Shown here: positions 10,702-22,992 of the stretch, one piece after another | Layout: each line of letters begins with the position of its first letter | Position numbering within the stretch: the first letter of the stretch is position 1 | Source: an uncultured virus (IMG/VR IMGVR_UViG_3300040957_000063) | Lineage: Duplodnaviria > Heunggongvirae > Uroviricota > Caudoviricetes | IMG/VR virus record: IMGVR_UViG_3300040957_000063 | Strand: one strand, 5' to 3' | DNA: 64,000 nt | Translations under genes and position numbers: made by a program | The notes under the pieces: generated by a model | What the model saw: only the letters and a program-made list of their open reading frames with translations | The model's database searches: none | What the model was told of the DNA's origin: nothing

Positions 10702-11204
10702 TGCCATTTACTTTAACAGTTGGCGTAGGTACACTCTTTCATAAAGAGAATAACGACCCACATATTATAGATTTTGGTGCAGTTAATACCAATATTGTTT
10801 TTGGTAAGTTTACATTAACAGGTCCAAACCTTACTATCTTTGCTGGTGGAAGTGAACACAATTTTAAGACTATTGCTATACTACCCTCACCACCATATAG
10901 CAAAGGAGATATTAAAGTAGGTAATGGGGTTTGGATAGGTGCTGGTGTTACTATCTTTACAGGAGTAACTATTGGGGATGGAGCAGTAATAGGTGCTTGT
11001 TCAGTAGTTTCTAAAGATATTCCACCTTACGCTATTGCAGTTGGTAATCCAATAAGAGTTATTGGTTACAGGTTTAGACCAGACCAGATAGAGAAACTTC
11101 TTAAAGTTAAGTGGTGGGATTGGGATGCTAAGAGATTAGCCGAAGATGCACCACTTCTATTCTCAGAAAACTTAGACCTTTTATTTATACGGTGTGGACT
11201 ATGA
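10686..11204 (+). CDS. Hexapeptide-repeat O-acetyltransferase (XAT, CatB/Vat-like)
   Basis: [13 protein letters not shown]...[29 protein letters not shown]...KWWDW. Confidence 0.88.
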   Translation: MASEIMPFTLTVGVGTLFHKENNDPHIIDFGAVNTNIVFGKFTLTGPNLTIFAGGSEHNFKTIAILPSPPYSKGDIKVGNGVWIGAGVTIFTGVTIGDGAVIGACSVVSKDIPPYAIAVGNPIRVIGYRFRPDQIEKLLKVKWWDWDAKRLAEDAPLLFSENLDLLFIRCGL

Positions 11205-12127
11205 AAACTTTAATTATGACCACAGGAATGAACGGCATAATACTAAACCGATGGTTGCCATTGCTAAGAACTAAAGGATGCTATGACGGGGAAGTATTGA
11301 TTGCCGATTATGGAAGCATAAATTACGGTCACGCATCTGACCCTAATAAAAAATATTTCACAGACGAATTAATGAAACAAAATAATGTTACGGTTATCCA
11401 ATGTAAACAATTGGAACAACCGATATTCAACGACAGAATCAGAGTATATTTTGACTACCTTACAGAAAACGAGAGATGGAAGAATTACGATGTCATTATG
11501 ATAGTCGATTCCAATGACGTAATATTCTGGGGTAGCATACAGCCACTAATAGAGATGGCAAGCAAAGATTTCTGTTACGTTAAAGAACAACCGCGAAACA
11601 CTTTAGACAAATGGGACGATTTCAACAGCAGACAATTCATTAAAGACAAATATTGGTCTATATCTCACAACCAACTAATAAACGGCGGTATGATGATTGG
11701 ACCGAGTAAAACAATGATGGAAATGTTGAGCCTTCAACGTGAGCTAATGAAGAAATACGCTGATAGCAAATTAGGGATTTCTACTGCTCAACCCCCGTGT
11801 GACCAAGTTCATCTGAACATTTTGATTTACTTTAATAAATTTCCAGCCAGAGAATTAGGTGACGAATGGAATTATACTCATGTCTTAATAAGCGGAAACC
11901 CACGTTATCCAATATACAAAGACGGTAAAGCATTCAAATCAGAAGATGGTACACCTGTTTACATTGAGCATAGAACAGGCACAAGTTACTGGTTCTGGCA
12001 ATCAAATCAGGGATTAGCCCTCTTAAATAGTAAAAAAGCTATTCCTATAAATGCAGAATACGAAATTCCTTACAGTCCCAATGAATATAGAATGGGTCCA
12101 CATCCACCATTTAATCAAGGTAACTAA
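11192..12127 (+). CDS. GT-A-fold glycosyltransferase
   Basis: VDSNDV (DxxD), [17 protein letters not shown] motifs. Confidence 0.7.
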   Translation: MWTMKTLIMTTGMNGIILNRWLPLLRTKGCYDGEVLIADYGSINYGHASDPNKKYFTDELMKQNNVTVIQCKQLEQPIFNDRIRVYFDYLTENERWKNYDVIMIVDSNDVIFWGSIQPLIEMASKDFCYVKEQPRNTLDKWDDFNSRQFIKDKYWSISHNQLINGGMMIGPSKTMMEMLSLQRELMKKYADSKLGISTAQPPCDQVHLNILIYFNKFPARELGDEWNYTHVLISGNPRYPIYKDGKAFKSEDGTPVYIEHRTGTSYWFWQSNQGLALLNSKKAIPINAEYEIPYSPNEYRMGPHPPFNQGN

Positions 12128-12128
12128 A

Positions 12129-12710
12129 ATGAAGATAATAGCTGTTATGATGGTTTACAACTGCGGTGCATTTATGCTTGACGCATTGAAAGACTTAGAC
12201 GGCAAAGTAGATGAAATCCATTGTTATGACGGACGTTGGGGTTACGGTCAAACTGATTATTCGATAGATAACACCAAAGAAGTTATAGAGCAGTTTGCAC
12301 TTACGGCAAAGGAAAAAGTCGAATATCACAAATTACCCCCTGTGGACGAAGCCGCCTCAAGAACTTTGTCTATAGCTAATATAGCAGAGGGAGATTGGGT
12401 GTTCGTTCTCGATTCAGACGAACGAATACTTCAATGGAACGATAATATTCGTGCTATTGAAGATGCGGCATCTTACGTTTACACTAACAAAGTTGGAGAT
12501 GTTCTCTGTGTTTGTCGATTATTCAAAAAGACAAAGACCATAAAATACTGCTTATGTGACAGAATTGTAGAGGAAGGAAAAGGAATCTACGACTTAGACT
12601 ATATGGTTAGAAACTTTAAGCCGAGCGGAATAGTTATTGGTCATTCTCTTGCTTTTAGACCCCGCCTTCAACCTCACGCTTCAGAATTCTCGCGGCGACC
12701 CCATCCGTAA
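12129..12710 (+). CDS. GT2-like glycosyltransferase
   Basis: VYNC...VDEIHCYDGRW...SIDNT...LDSDE; paralogue of 26080..26706; start placed at ATG 12129. Confidence 0.7.
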   Translation: MKIIAVMMVYNCGAFMLDALKDLDGKVDEIHCYDGRWGYGQTDYSIDNTKEVIEQFALTAKEKVEYHKLPPVDEAASRTLSIANIAEGDWVFVLDSDERILQWNDNIRAIEDAASYVYTNKVGDVLCVCRLFKKTKTIKYCLCDRIVEEGKGIYDLDYMVRNFKPSGIVIGHSLAFRPRLQPHASEFSRRPHP

Positions 12711-12761
12711 TACCGCAAACTTTATATATCCAAACTACTATAACATTATAGTGAAAAATAT

Positions 12762-13082
12762 ATGCCAGCACCCCAATTACACGAAACAATTGATTTAAAC
12801 GTATTTGGAGAAGCCTACCCAGAAGTTCATAAATGGATAGACGGCTCATATGATAGCACTAATGGTCGGACTCATTGGGTAAATCGTCACTATGTTATGG
12901 CGATTTTAGACCATTTTAATCCGCGAGACTACCCAAATAAAGAAAGGCGAGACAGGCTTCAACGTGTAGCTAAACTTCACGTTATGTACGATTGGGCTTT
13001 CTATTACAAGAGAATTTATCTTCCGCTTACCCGCGAAGATGTAGTTAGAGAGTTACGTGCGGAAGGTATTTTTGTTGCCTGA
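12762..13082 (+). CDS. Hypothetical protein (His-rich)
   Basis: ORF after a TATA box near 12721; no family recognised. Confidence 0.55.
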   Translation: MPAPQLHETIDLNVFGEAYPEVHKWIDGSYDSTNGRTHWVNRHYVMAILDHFNPRDYPNKERRDRLQRVAKLHVMYDWAFYYKRIYLPLTREDVVRELRAEGIFVA

Positions 13083-13548
13083 GCGAAGACCGCGAACTAA
13101 CTACAATATTCTTGGATTCCAGTTTTCTTGTGTTCATTCGTGTAGCGAATATAAATGGGGCGTTTGTAAACATTGCCGTTCCAGAACCAAATGCAAAGAC
13201 CACGTTAGACCAGTTTACCCGTCTGAGGAAGGAATCTTTTACCCGATAGAAAGGATAGAGATTTCACCTGACCACGCTCAGGATTTAGGAACTTATGTTC
13301 ACGAGATAACCGAAGCATCAATTATCCAGATTCTACGGCGGTGGCGTAAAGATTGGAATCGAGGCGTACAATTCGAAGGGTACAACGATACATACATAGT
13401 TCACTTCATCTCGGTTTGGGGAGCTAATAACGGCACATGCTTAGAACCAGTAACACGCCAGCATAAACCAAAGTGGTAATCGAGCATGGAGTTTCTACCA
13501 CAACGTTTATATATGCCGAGCGTATAGTCATAGTTAAAGGTTGAAAAG

Positions 13549-13821
13549 ATGACTCAAAAACAAATTAGAAGTTGTATGCGTGTTCCTCTTGACAGCATAA
13601 GTGACGAAGAGAAAGCTAAAGTTCGAAAGATGGATGGCAGAATCATCGTTGTAAACGTTGACGAACCGTGCTTAACTTGTGGACGGCACAAACGCCTGAA
13701 GTATGCTCAACATATTGACGGTAAACTTTTTGTTATTGAAGAATGCCTTTACTGTTTAGTCAAAAACGGCAATGGTACAACTGAAGGAACACTTACAGCC
13801 GCTAATAGGGAGACAGCGTAA
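13549..13821 (+). CDS. Zn-ribbon microprotein
   Basis: CLTC/CLYC pairs; follows the CATG-box promoter at 13482. Confidence 0.55.
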   Translation: MTQKQIRSCMRVPLDSISDEEKAKVRKMDGRIIVVNVDEPCLTCGRHKRLKYAQHIDGKLFVIEECLYCLVKNGNGTTEGTLTAANRETA

Positions 13822-13822
13822 T

Positions 13823-14200
13823 ATGAATCCATGTTGTCCAGAACCAAATTGTCATAGAATGATGCGAGTTAGACATCTGACTCACATAATAAGTACCGAA
13901 CCCTGTCCTCATTGCAAGGGCACAGACTACAAGCGATACGTTAACACGACAGACAAAGAAGGAATGGTTAAATGCTTGCAATGCAAGAAAGACTACACGC
14001 CAGTTCGCCGAACGGGATATGGAAGATTCTGGGTATGTCCAGACCATCCGTGGCAGAAATTCAAAGTTGGCGGCGAAGTCATTAGATGCAAGTCTAAGCC
14101 AAAAACTGACACAGAAATCTACGAAATGCTGAAACCAATGCAATTCCAGAAGACAAGGGAAAAGGCACCCAACAATGTCCAGTTGCGACCACGAGCATAA
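13823..14200 (+). CDS. Multi-Zn-ribbon protein
   Basis: CPEPNC, CPHC, CLQC, CPDH motifs. Confidence 0.55.
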   Translation: MNPCCPEPNCHRMMRVRHLTHIISTEPCPHCKGTDYKRYVNTTDKEGMVKCLQCKKDYTPVRRTGYGRFWVCPDHPWQKFKVGGEVIRCKSKPKTDTEIYEMLKPMQFQKTREKAPNNVQLRPRA

Positions 14201-14409
14201 GGTCTGCGATAGCCGTTTAAGAAGTTTATTAGTAGTCCTTACAGGTAACGGTATCGAGGTCGTAATTGACTTTTTTATTTTCCATTTTTTTGGTTTAAAT
14301 TTATTCGATTCTGGTACACTTGCTATAGTAACTCAAGTTGTTTGTTATACAACTTCTTATTTTGGTATCAGAGTTTGGGATAGAATAAAGTGGGGGCGTA
14401 AAGTAATCG

Positions 14410-15321
14410 ATGTACCCGTTAGTTGATATTGACGATTTCAAAATTTCGTTTGATATGTTGTGGATTAAAGATGATACTCCATTTTTGGGAGAAACAGCTA
14501 AAGGCGTAGTTCTTCTTGTTCCTGTATTCAACACATCTAAACGTTGCTGGAAAGTTTGGGAAAAAGCAATTTATAGACTTGACCCATTACCTGAGAAAGT
14601 TATCTTCTGCGAAAACAACAGCACAGACGATACTCTTGAGCTAATTAACGGCTTCCAGTTGCCTCACGAAGTTATTAGAGTTTGGTTTAAGCCAGATGCC
14701 GCGAAAGGAAACGAATATGAACCCATAGCTCACGTTCGGCAGTTGCTTTTGACACGGGCACGGACTTATGGAGCAAAAATGGCTATATTTCTCGATGATG
14801 ATTGCATCCCAGAGCACAAAGACTTTATTCAAATGTTCCTTAATGATAACTTAGACATCTGCGGCGGCTCATATACAAGAGATTTCCCGAACGGAAATAT
14901 GATGGCAAGCCTATGGGATATTGGTATGCCGATAGCAAAGTTTCCTAAAACATCTTCACATAAAAAAGATATAGAAAACTGTACAAAAGCGGGTTACCAT
15001 ATTCTCGGATACCCCTATGAAATATTAGAGAAAGATGGTAGAAAAAGGTTTGAGTGTTCGGTCACAAGTGCTGGTGCTTTGGCTTTAGGACCAAAAGTTC
15101 TTCAAGACAAGCGTTTAGACTTTTATCCTTTGCACCCTGAATTAAGCGACAGTAAAGAAATCAGCGAAGATTTTGGATTCTGTCTTTTAGCTGGAACATT
15201 AGGCTATAAAATCTATCTTGACTTCACTATAAAGTTTGCTCATCTCGGCGGACTTAGCAATAATAATGAGCCTAAACACCGTCCGTGGGTCATAGATGAG
15301 AGAGAGACTTTCGAGTTTTGA
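14410..15321 (+). CDS. GT2 family glycosyltransferase
   Basis: LVPVFN, ENNSTDDT, FLDDD, SEDFGFC, H near the C-terminus. Confidence 0.8.
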   Translation: MYPLVDIDDFKISFDMLWIKDDTPFLGETAKGVVLLVPVFNTSKRCWKVWEKAIYRLDPLPEKVIFCENNSTDDTLELINGFQLPHEVIRVWFKPDAAKGNEYEPIAHVRQLLLTRARTYGAKMAIFLDDDCIPEHKDFIQMFLNDNLDICGGSYTRDFPNGNMMASLWDIGMPIAKFPKTSSHKKDIENCTKAGYHILGYPYEILEKDGRKRFECSVTSAGALALGPKVLQDKRLDFYPLHPELSDSKEISEDFGFCLLAGTLGYKIYLDFTIKFAHLGGLSNNNEPKHRPWVIDERETFEF

Positions 15322-15996
15322 GCATGTTGATTCCTACGCAAGGTTTAAATAGGGGAATAACGTAACAGTAACAAGGTAAGAAATATGCGAACAAATATTT
15401 CAGAATTCACGAGACAAGAAAAAAGCATTCTTCTGTACGCCGAAGATTGTTTAGTCAACAACTTAGGGCGAATGGTTGCAATAAAGATGAATGAAAAAGA
15501 CTTTGTTAACCTGAAAAGGATGCAAGAAGAAGGTCTTCTACACTATGGAAGACTCCCGTGGAAAGAAATCGAGAGGATACATAAATACTTCAACTCATTG
15601 ACTCTTCCATCCTATTATGTCGCGTTTACCGATGAGGCTTACACGTTAGCTTGGGCTATGAGAAGAGAAAGAGCAGATAAGGGCGCAAAAGAACTTCAAG
15701 AAATGCTCCAAAAAGCTGATGACTAATGGTAGAGTTTATATTAGGTCTTCTTTGCGGTGCGGGACTCGCTACATTCTTTGCCGTATGTTTCGACCATAAT
15801 AGGAGATATTTCGAGGAAGTAGAAAAATTAAAACGGAGAAACCATTAATGGGCGAACTTAGAGAATCCATTAGAGCTATAGTAAATGAACCCGAACCACC
15901 GACTACAGGTAGTTGGGGAGACCCTACAATGCTTTTTAATTGGAGAAGCGACCAAATTAGACGAATAAAAGAATTATTAGGAGTACCTGATTAGAA

Positions 15997-16437
15997 ATGC
16001 CGATGATTACAACTAAACGGTGGGAACTTGTTCACGAGTGGGAATCCGAAAGATGGGATTCTCAAGGAGTATGGACTAACGAAAAGATGCAAGATGAACT
16101 TGACTCTTTGGACGAGTTTAGAGCAGAAAACGTTCCTTCTATGTCGCTAAAAGACTTAGTGGAACAAATTATGACAAGCGGCATAGTCAGAAAAGGAAAC
16201 GTAGAGTTTAATTTCATAGATTTAAAAAGACTGTTTCACTCATGGAGTCATCTTACAACTAACTGCAAAGAATATGGGCGGTATTGGGTAGCTCAAGACG
16301 AAAGTTATCTTGCTTGCTTAGTGGACGAGCACAGAAAATGTGATGGCGAAAACAAGCAATGCAAACAATATAAGCCTATGATTAACTGCAAACCTCTGGA
16401 AGAGCTATTAAAAACGGAAAAGGTGCAATTTGACTGA
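15997..16437 (+). CDS. Hypothetical protein with C-terminal KVQFD motif
   Basis: Ends EKVQFD-stop; member of the C-terminal motif set. Confidence 0.6.
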   Translation: MPMITTKRWELVHEWESERWDSQGVWTNEKMQDELDSLDEFRAENVPSMSLKDLVEQIMTSGIVRKGNVEFNFIDLKRLFHSWSHLTTNCKEYGRYWVAQDESYLACLVDEHRKCDGENKQCKQYKPMINCKPLEELLKTEKVQFD

Positions 16438-17498
16438 TGCCAATAAAACTTCATTGCGACCACGACAATGCTGAACTTGTGCTTATTAAAGACCCAAGAA
16501 CCCCAGAAGGTTTACTCGAATGTCCTAAATGTCATTGTAGATTTAGAGCTATTTTGGTTACATCCGATGCCAAATGCTACAACAAGAGATTCCCTCAGAA
16601 GAAAGTAACAGAAGTAACAAAAGTAACAAAAAAGAAGTCTAAAAGCTCTGCATTGTTAACTACTCCTTTTTACACGAGTGAGGATGGAAAATAATGACAA
16701 GCCTGATGTATTGGAACGTCAAAGAAGCCCGTGAATTTCTACTGAAAAACGGCTATGTATTCACTTTACGTAAACCCAGAAAGGAAGGTCCAGCAATAGC
16801 CGTAGTAGGCAGTTTCTATGACCATCAACCAATTGGCTCAACTTTCGTTAAACTCATCAAAGAAGATGTACAACACGCCCACGAACTTTCGGCATATGTA
16901 GCTGGAAGCGGTATAAAAGCCCAGATTACTCTATGCGATTGTGGTTACGATGACGATGCTCACCAATGGTTCGGTCTTGCTAACGAACTTTCAGGACAAA
17001 AACTTAACCTATATCTCGTCACAATGGATATGACAGGGATGTACAAAATCCCGCCCAGAAAAGAAGGACCAGTTGAGAAAGTTTTAAATCATACTTCAAT
17101 GTCAGCAGAGGAATTATTTAGGTGATAAACTATGTGTCAAGTTGAACTAATGAAACTTAGAGTAAAATGCTCAACTCCTAACGAAGTCGATTATATGTTC
17201 GTTATGTGGAAGAAAAAAGGGCAAATAGGCATATGTAAGACTTGTTGGGAGAAAATCGGAAACAAAAATTGGGAATGCGGCGATAGACCAAGACCAACTT
17301 TTGAGTCATTGTTTACTGGTCGCGGATTAGAAGGTGCTGTACTAACCGAGTATAAAGTCAAAGACACAATCAAAGAATCACTTGAAAATGAGGAAGAAGA
17401 ATATTGAATTTCCTAAGTGCGTATAAACTATGTATTGGAACCCTATTCTATTGGGCGGATAAAATCCTAATGGGTGAAGATGCATATTCAAAGGAGTA

Positions 17499-18392
17499 TT
17501 GGACAAGTTGACCGTAAGAAAGAAAAAGAAAGTAGTAAAATTCGATAGATTCCCTCATATTCCGAACCTAAGCGGCGGCAGATTATGTCGTAGCTTGCTC
17601 GGTAAGAGGTTATTCTGGACAATCAAAGAAGACGGTGAATGCGTATCAGTATGGACTAACATAGTTAGAAAGAAAGAAGTCATTCATATCGCCAGCCGAA
17701 ACCAAGAAAATGCATCGACAGACATTAAAGCCAGAACTATGAACACAGAGGAATTTCCAAAGGTTCTTCAAATGATACGAGATAATCCTCTATTCAGAGT
17801 TGTAGTAGAAGAATGCAGAAAAGGCAGAAGCGTTACAGGAATCAAGACCTATGACCGAGACCAACTATTCGTGATTGCCATTTACGATACGGCAATAGAA
17901 AATTGGCTTCCATACACGCTTATGTACCAAACTACATACCATTATGGACTTGGACCCCAAACAGTAAAGTTGTTCGCTGAAACTCGTCATAAAACAATCA
18001 AAGATTTAGGCAAATTCAAGAACCACGTACTCGAAGTTTGCGACAGCCAAACAGACGGCAAACAAAAAGACGAAGGTATGGTTTGTAGCACTTTCGATGA
18101 CGATGGAACATTGATTATGGCTAAGGTAAAGCTGGACATTCCTGAGCCTCAAGAGAAGAAAATACGTGAAGGTGCACCAGAATTTCCACAGATTCCAGTA
18201 AGCGAAATTATGGGTTCAATCAGCAAAGTAGAAGCCGATTTCGGACTGACAGGACAAGCTAAAGACGACATGCCGCGAATAGCTAAGTATGTTAGCGAAG
18301 CCTGTAAAGAACATCTCTACTCAAGCCGAGGAAACCTATTCCAATACTATCAAGAATATATGGATAAAATGGTGAACAAAAAAGATGAGTAA
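17499..18392 (+). CDS. ATP-dependent RNA ligase-like nucleotidyltransferase
   Basis: Motif I KEDG, ASRN, motif IV DEGMV, motif V AKVK. Confidence 0.7.
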   Translation: MDKLTVRKKKKVVKFDRFPHIPNLSGGRLCRSLLGKRLFWTIKEDGECVSVWTNIVRKKEVIHIASRNQENASTDIKARTMNTEEFPKVLQMIRDNPLFRVVVEECRKGRSVTGIKTYDRDQLFVIAIYDTAIENWLPYTLMYQTTYHYGLGPQTVKLFAETRHKTIKDLGKFKNHVLEVCDSQTDGKQKDEGMVCSTFDDDGTLIMAKVKLDIPEPQEKKIREGAPEFPQIPVSEIMGSISKVEADFGLTGQAKDDMPRIAKYVSEACKEHLYSSRGNLFQYYQEYMDKMVNKKDE

Positions 18393-18791
18393 AACTCCAA
18401 AAAGAAAAATGTTGATAGCCGATATAGAAGCTATAATGCATCCTAAACACCCAGATTGCATAATCAATATTCCAGAAAAAGTCATTGACGAAGTATTAGC
18501 AAAGATTGACGAAATGGACAAGGAAATGCTTGCTAAGGAAACTCAAGCCAATCAACTGTATTCAGAAGTTAGGGTTCTTCAACATAAAAAATATGAATAC
18601 TTAGACGACATATTCTTTGGTCATATTGATTCACAACGTATGATGGCTGGCGGTTTGTTAATGGAAAACCACGAGTCGAGTGAAGATAGAAGACGGCGAA
18701 ATGAAGAAGCCAGAATTGCCAGAGAAGAACGAATTGATACGCTCGTTCGTATCCTTCAACGAAACAAACGTAGAATCGAGGAAAAGAAACG

Positions 18792-19352
18792 ATGACTCTG
18801 CATCCTATAGACACAGTTAAGAAAGAATGGTCCGATGACGATTTAGACCGAATGTTAACATTCTGTCTTCTGGACCGAGCAAGCCCCTATCCAACTGTTT
18901 GCCGATGTTTCAATTTACTGGACGATTGTGGAATGACCACAAGAGCATATGTAAAAAAGCAATACTATCCATACAAAGAAGAGGCTTATATAGAAAATAG
19001 ATTGCGTCTTGGCGGTTACCGTTTTCCTAATCAAGCGGCTAAGTACATAATAGAGTTTTCCAATAACCCCATAAACCTTCGAACCTGTACACGAGAAGAA
19101 TTAGTAGAAAGCGTTAAAGGCATAGGTTACAAGTTGGCTTCAATGTTTCTGCGTAACACACGAGGAATCCAATACGCTGTTATAGACGTTCACATAAAGA
19201 ATTGGCTAACAGAACACGGACACAACATAAAGAAACTTACGTATAAACAGATGGAAGACATATTTCTGGCTGAAGCTAAACTTCGAGGAAAAACCCCATA
19301 CGATTTCGATATGGAAATATGGGAAGAAAGACGTAGGAAGTTCAAGGAATGA
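18792..19352 (+). CDS. ogg: 8-oxoguanine DNA glycosylase/AP lyase, Ogg2-like HhH-GPD
   Basis: REELVESVKGIGYKLASMFLRN...AVIDVHI, with the catalytic Lys and Asp of HhH glycosylases. Confidence 0.8.
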   Translation: MTLHPIDTVKKEWSDDDLDRMLTFCLLDRASPYPTVCRCFNLLDDCGMTTRAYVKKQYYPYKEEAYIENRLRLGGYRFPNQAAKYIIEFSNNPINLRTCTREELVESVKGIGYKLASMFLRNTRGIQYAVIDVHIKNWLTEHGHNIKKLTYKQMEDIFLAEAKLRGKTPYDFDMEIWEERRRKFKE

Positions 19353-19571
19353 GGATTCTAAAGCTGAGAAAAAGTAGTGGTTGCATACTCGAAGTTATAG
19401 AATTTGACAACGGTAAAGTAGCGGCGTGTTGGCAGACAGACGTTCCAGAAGTCGCTATGTATGACAACTTAGACCAATTCTTACGTATGAGAACCCCAGA
19501 ACGAGGATACACGCTAATCGAGAACCGTAAAGTTTAAATACTGGTTATCGCCACATATAGATGGGATAAAA

Positions 19572-20351
19572 ATGAGATTAACATTAACAAAAAATTCTGA
19601 TACTCTATGGGCTATTGCCTATGGAAGAAACTTTGAATTAGTTAGACAATGGATAGACGCTGTTGATTTTGTTGACAAAATAGAGCTTAACTATTATATG
19701 CACCACGAAGCAAACAATTTCATAAGAAAATACTTTTTAGAACACAAACAATACAAGTACCTAATTCTCTCAACTGACGATGTGCTTGGGACACCGTGTA
19801 ACGTCAAGCAAATACTCGAAGACGAAAGAAAACACAATTTCCCCGTGATTTCAGGTTGGACAAACATCAAACTTAACAAGTCTTGGGCGGCAATTAGTTT
19901 GAGACCGCACGATGGAATAGAGACAAAAACTTCCACTTATGAGGCATATCATTTTGTTGATATGGCTGACATCTTAACTGGTAGATTAGGTTACCCGTTT
20001 TTTAAAGCGTGGTTCGTAGGTTTGCCGTTAACATTGATGACAAGGGAAGTCGTAGAAAAAGTAAGTTTCGATGGATTTATGCTACAGAAAGACAGACTTT
20101 GCCTTACACCTGAGACTAAAGAACACGGCAGACCAATTATGTTTGACCTTCAATTTTGCGTAGAATGTGCAAAGCTCGGAATACCGATAATGATTGATAC
20201 AAGATGTTTTATGCTTCATTTCGGGTTCGGGATAATTAGCTCTTTAAGTTCTATCCAAATGGCGAACATCAAAAAACTTGGATTAACTGTAGAACCTGAC
20301 CATTTACTGGTTGGAAAAGAAAAACCATTCACAAAGGTTTATCGCCGATGA
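19572..20351 (+). CDS. Putative GT-A-fold glycosyltransferase
   Basis: LSTDDV, VISGW, LMTREVVEKV, DLQFCVECAKLGIPIMIDT...H pattern like the GT2 C-terminal half. Confidence 0.55.
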   Translation: MRLTLTKNSDTLWAIAYGRNFELVRQWIDAVDFVDKIELNYYMHHEANNFIRKYFLEHKQYKYLILSTDDVLGTPCNVKQILEDERKHNFPVISGWTNIKLNKSWAAISLRPHDGIETKTSTYEAYHFVDMADILTGRLGYPFFKAWFVGLPLTLMTREVVEKVSFDGFMLQKDRLCLTPETKEHGRPIMFDLQFCVECAKLGIPIMIDTRCFMLHFGFGIISSLSSIQMANIKKLGLTVEPDHLLVGKEKPFTKVYRR

Positions 20352-21055
20352 AGCACGTATTTATAGAAGCATTCGATTGCGTAGATGCGTCATGGAAAGC
20401 CTTAAACGCTATTTGGTTTCAAGGCGAACACTTCAATGTCGGCAACGGCTCAGAAGAAGGAGATACAAAGAAACTTGATGTAAGTATCCATATTAAACAT
20501 CCAGAAAACTTGCCTTTGGTCGGTGATTTTTCACCTACAGATATGAAACATATTCAAGAGTATGGGCTGACTTATCTTTACTCTGATTTCTTAGGTGGTC
20601 ATCCATACACTTACGGTTGGCGGCTTCAACATCCAGTTGACCAAAAAGAAGAACTTATCAAAGCTATAATAAAGAATCCAAATAATCGTCAGCTTACTAT
20701 GACCATAAGAATTCCTGAAGATGCTTATCCAACACGATTAGATGAGGATAATAAAGTAGTAAAGCACGAACCGCCCTGTTTGACTATGATGGACTTTGAA
20801 GTATTAGACGGCAAAGTTAATCTCACATGCTACTTTCGAAGCTGGGATGCCTATGCTGGATTGCCAGAGAACATAGCTGGAATATTTCTTTATTTGCAAG
20901 CATTCGTATCAGACGTTAACGAACGATTACCCGAAGATAAGCAATTGAAAACTGGCGAAATGATATTCCACAGCAAGAATTGTCACATCTATAAAAGATT
21001 GTATTCTTTAGTTGAAGAATTATTAAATCCAAAATCAAAAAACCATAACATTTAA
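20348..21055 (+). CDS. thyA: Thymidylate synthase (ThyA fold, archaeal type)
   Basis: YTYGWRL, catalytic PPCL, FRSWDAYAGLPEN (Asn indicates dUMP specificity), HIY. Confidence 0.85.
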   Translation: MKHVFIEAFDCVDASWKALNAIWFQGEHFNVGNGSEEGDTKKLDVSIHIKHPENLPLVGDFSPTDMKHIQEYGLTYLYSDFLGGHPYTYGWRLQHPVDQKEELIKAIIKNPNNRQLTMTIRIPEDAYPTRLDEDNKVVKHEPPCLTMMDFEVLDGKVNLTCYFRSWDAYAGLPENIAGIFLYLQAFVSDVNERLPEDKQLKTGEMIFHSKNCHIYKRLYSLVEELLNPKSKNHNI

Positions 21056-21092
21056 ATACCTGAATGGTGATATATAGTATGGTGATAAAAAT

Positions 21093-21563
21093 ATGTGTAA
21101 AAGACCAGATTTGGCACCAAGTTCTGCTTATAGATATTACCATTGCAGATGTGAACGCTGTTTACAATGGAAAAAAGAATCTGCTAATAGAACCAATAAT
21201 AAGGAATTGGCAAAAACAAGAGCAAAAAATTGGAGATTGAATAATTTGGAAAGAAGCCGAGAAAATTCTAAAAATTATCAAAAAACACATCCAGAAAAAG
21301 TTTTAGAATGGCAATTAAAAAAATACGGATTAACTCTTGAACAATACAAAGCCTTTGGAACCAAATGTATGATTTGTGGTAAAGAACCACACGGAATGTC
21401 AAATGGAAAACTTAGACTTTGTGTTGACCACGACCACGAAACAGGTAAAGTAAGAGGATTATTATGTGGTGCTTGCAATATAGCAATAGGTCATTTTTAC
21501 CATAATATTTCATTACTTGAAAGTGCAATAACATATTTAGAATCTAATGGTGGTTTAGAATGA
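21093..21563 (+). CDS. Endonuclease VII-like HNH endonuclease
   Basis: YGLTLEQY...CMICG...VDHDHETGKVRGLLCGACN. Confidence 0.85.
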   Translation: MCKRPDLAPSSAYRYYHCRCERCLQWKKESANRTNNKELAKTRAKNWRLNNLERSRENSKNYQKTHPEKVLEWQLKKYGLTLEQYKAFGTKCMICGKEPHGMSNGKLRLCVDHDHETGKVRGLLCGACNIAIGHFYHNISLLESAITYLESNGGLE

Positions 21564-22202
21564 AAAATCCGATAGCTGTTTTGATATATTCTTTAGGTCA
21601 CAAATCTCATATTATGGCAAGACTACCGTGGTTGATAAAGTTTAATTTGATAGCTAATCTTCCATTTGAACACTATTGCGTTTTTTGTGCAAAATATGTT
21701 GATGATGATTGGTGGAAAACAAAAAAAGATTTTGAGAAAGAAGGATGGTTCGAAACGTTAGAAAGATTTAAAAGATTAGAAAAACAAGGATGTAAAAAAA
21801 TAGAAGCTAATGGTGATGTTGAGTGACAGGAATGATAGAACTTTCATTTAAAAACCGAAAAGGAGAAGCAACAATAGTTAGAATCCCCCCGAATCGAGTA
21901 TTTGTAGAACCAGACCGAACAGACGACCCTCTTATCTTCTGGGTTTGGTCAAAAGACCTCAAGCCAGCATTCGTAATAAGAAGCAAAGATGCACACCAAA
22001 CTGCAAACGTTCTAATAATGAACCTTCACAGCTTAGAAGGGATGGAAGAATGCCCAGAGGACTTTACGGGATGCATATACTATTTAAGCGCGGTATTGGT
22101 CGAAGAACTATCTCATTGCGCCTGTCGTTCACTAAAAAACCACAAAAATTGGATAGGAATGCTCAAAGACCTTCAAGCAGAACTATGTGAGGATGATGCA
22201 TA

Positions 22203-22931
22203 ATGGCATTTGACCCAACAGAGCCAGCCGCTCCAATTCCAATAATTACCCCAGATATGGACGTTTGGGTTAACACACTCATAGGCAATAAACTGAAAGA
22301 AATTTGTCCACAGTTAGAATTGAACACTCAGGACCAAAAACTCTTCCAGCTTTGCGTTAGAGACTTTAGAAATTACACAGTTTATCTACAGCAAACTCAT
22401 CTAAGAGTAGAAAACGAAGAACAACGAAATATGTTCGAAGGTGGAGCTATTTCAATGGTAATAACTTCACAAGGCATATTCTACCAAAGTTTGCAAACCA
22501 CAAAAGAAATGGCTGAATTCATCGACATGTGGGTGAAGATGTGGTGGAAGAAATGGCAAGAGAGAACAAAAATTGTTTTCTCCGATAAAGATTTACCTAA
22601 AAATGTAATTCGTCCAGAGAACGGTGTGCCACCCTCAACTTTGACTCCTGAAGAAAGAGAAGAACTTTTAGGAGTTACAATCAAGAAACTCATTCAATAC
22701 GGCGAAATATGCTGTACACAAATCTTAGGCGAAAAACTACTTCAAAAAGCAGTTGAAGATACGAGAGGCAAAGAATTAGGAGATAAAGTTAACCTCATCT
22801 CAAAACTTCAACGGCAAGCTAAAGAAATAAGCTATGTCCACGGTAATCTAATCTTCATTAAGGCAGACCAAAACTACTTCAAAGTACGCGAATGGCGCAA
22901 CGATGGCTTTGGCACAAATAAAATAGCTTGA
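22203..22931 (+). CDS. Hypothetical protein
   Basis: 242-aa ORF in a coupled chain (TAATG junction). Confidence 0.6.
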   Translation: MAFDPTEPAAPIPIITPDMDVWVNTLIGNKLKEICPQLELNTQDQKLFQLCVRDFRNYTVYLQQTHLRVENEEQRNMFEGGAISMVITSQGIFYQSLQTTKEMAEFIDMWVKMWWKKWQERTKIVFSDKDLPKNVIRPENGVPPSTLTPEEREELLGVTIKKLIQYGEICCTQILGEKLLQKAVEDTRGKELGDKVNLISKLQRQAKEISYVHGNLIFIKADQNYFKVREWRNDGFGTNKIA

Positions 22932-22992
22932 GAATGGAGTTTCTTACGCAAAGTTTAAATAGGACGGATGAATAAGGGTATAGTGACCAAAT

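Noticed and set aside
10686..11204. Antibiotic resistance gene (vat/catB)
   Set aside because: Same fold, but the sugar-operon context favours a sugar O-acyltransferase.
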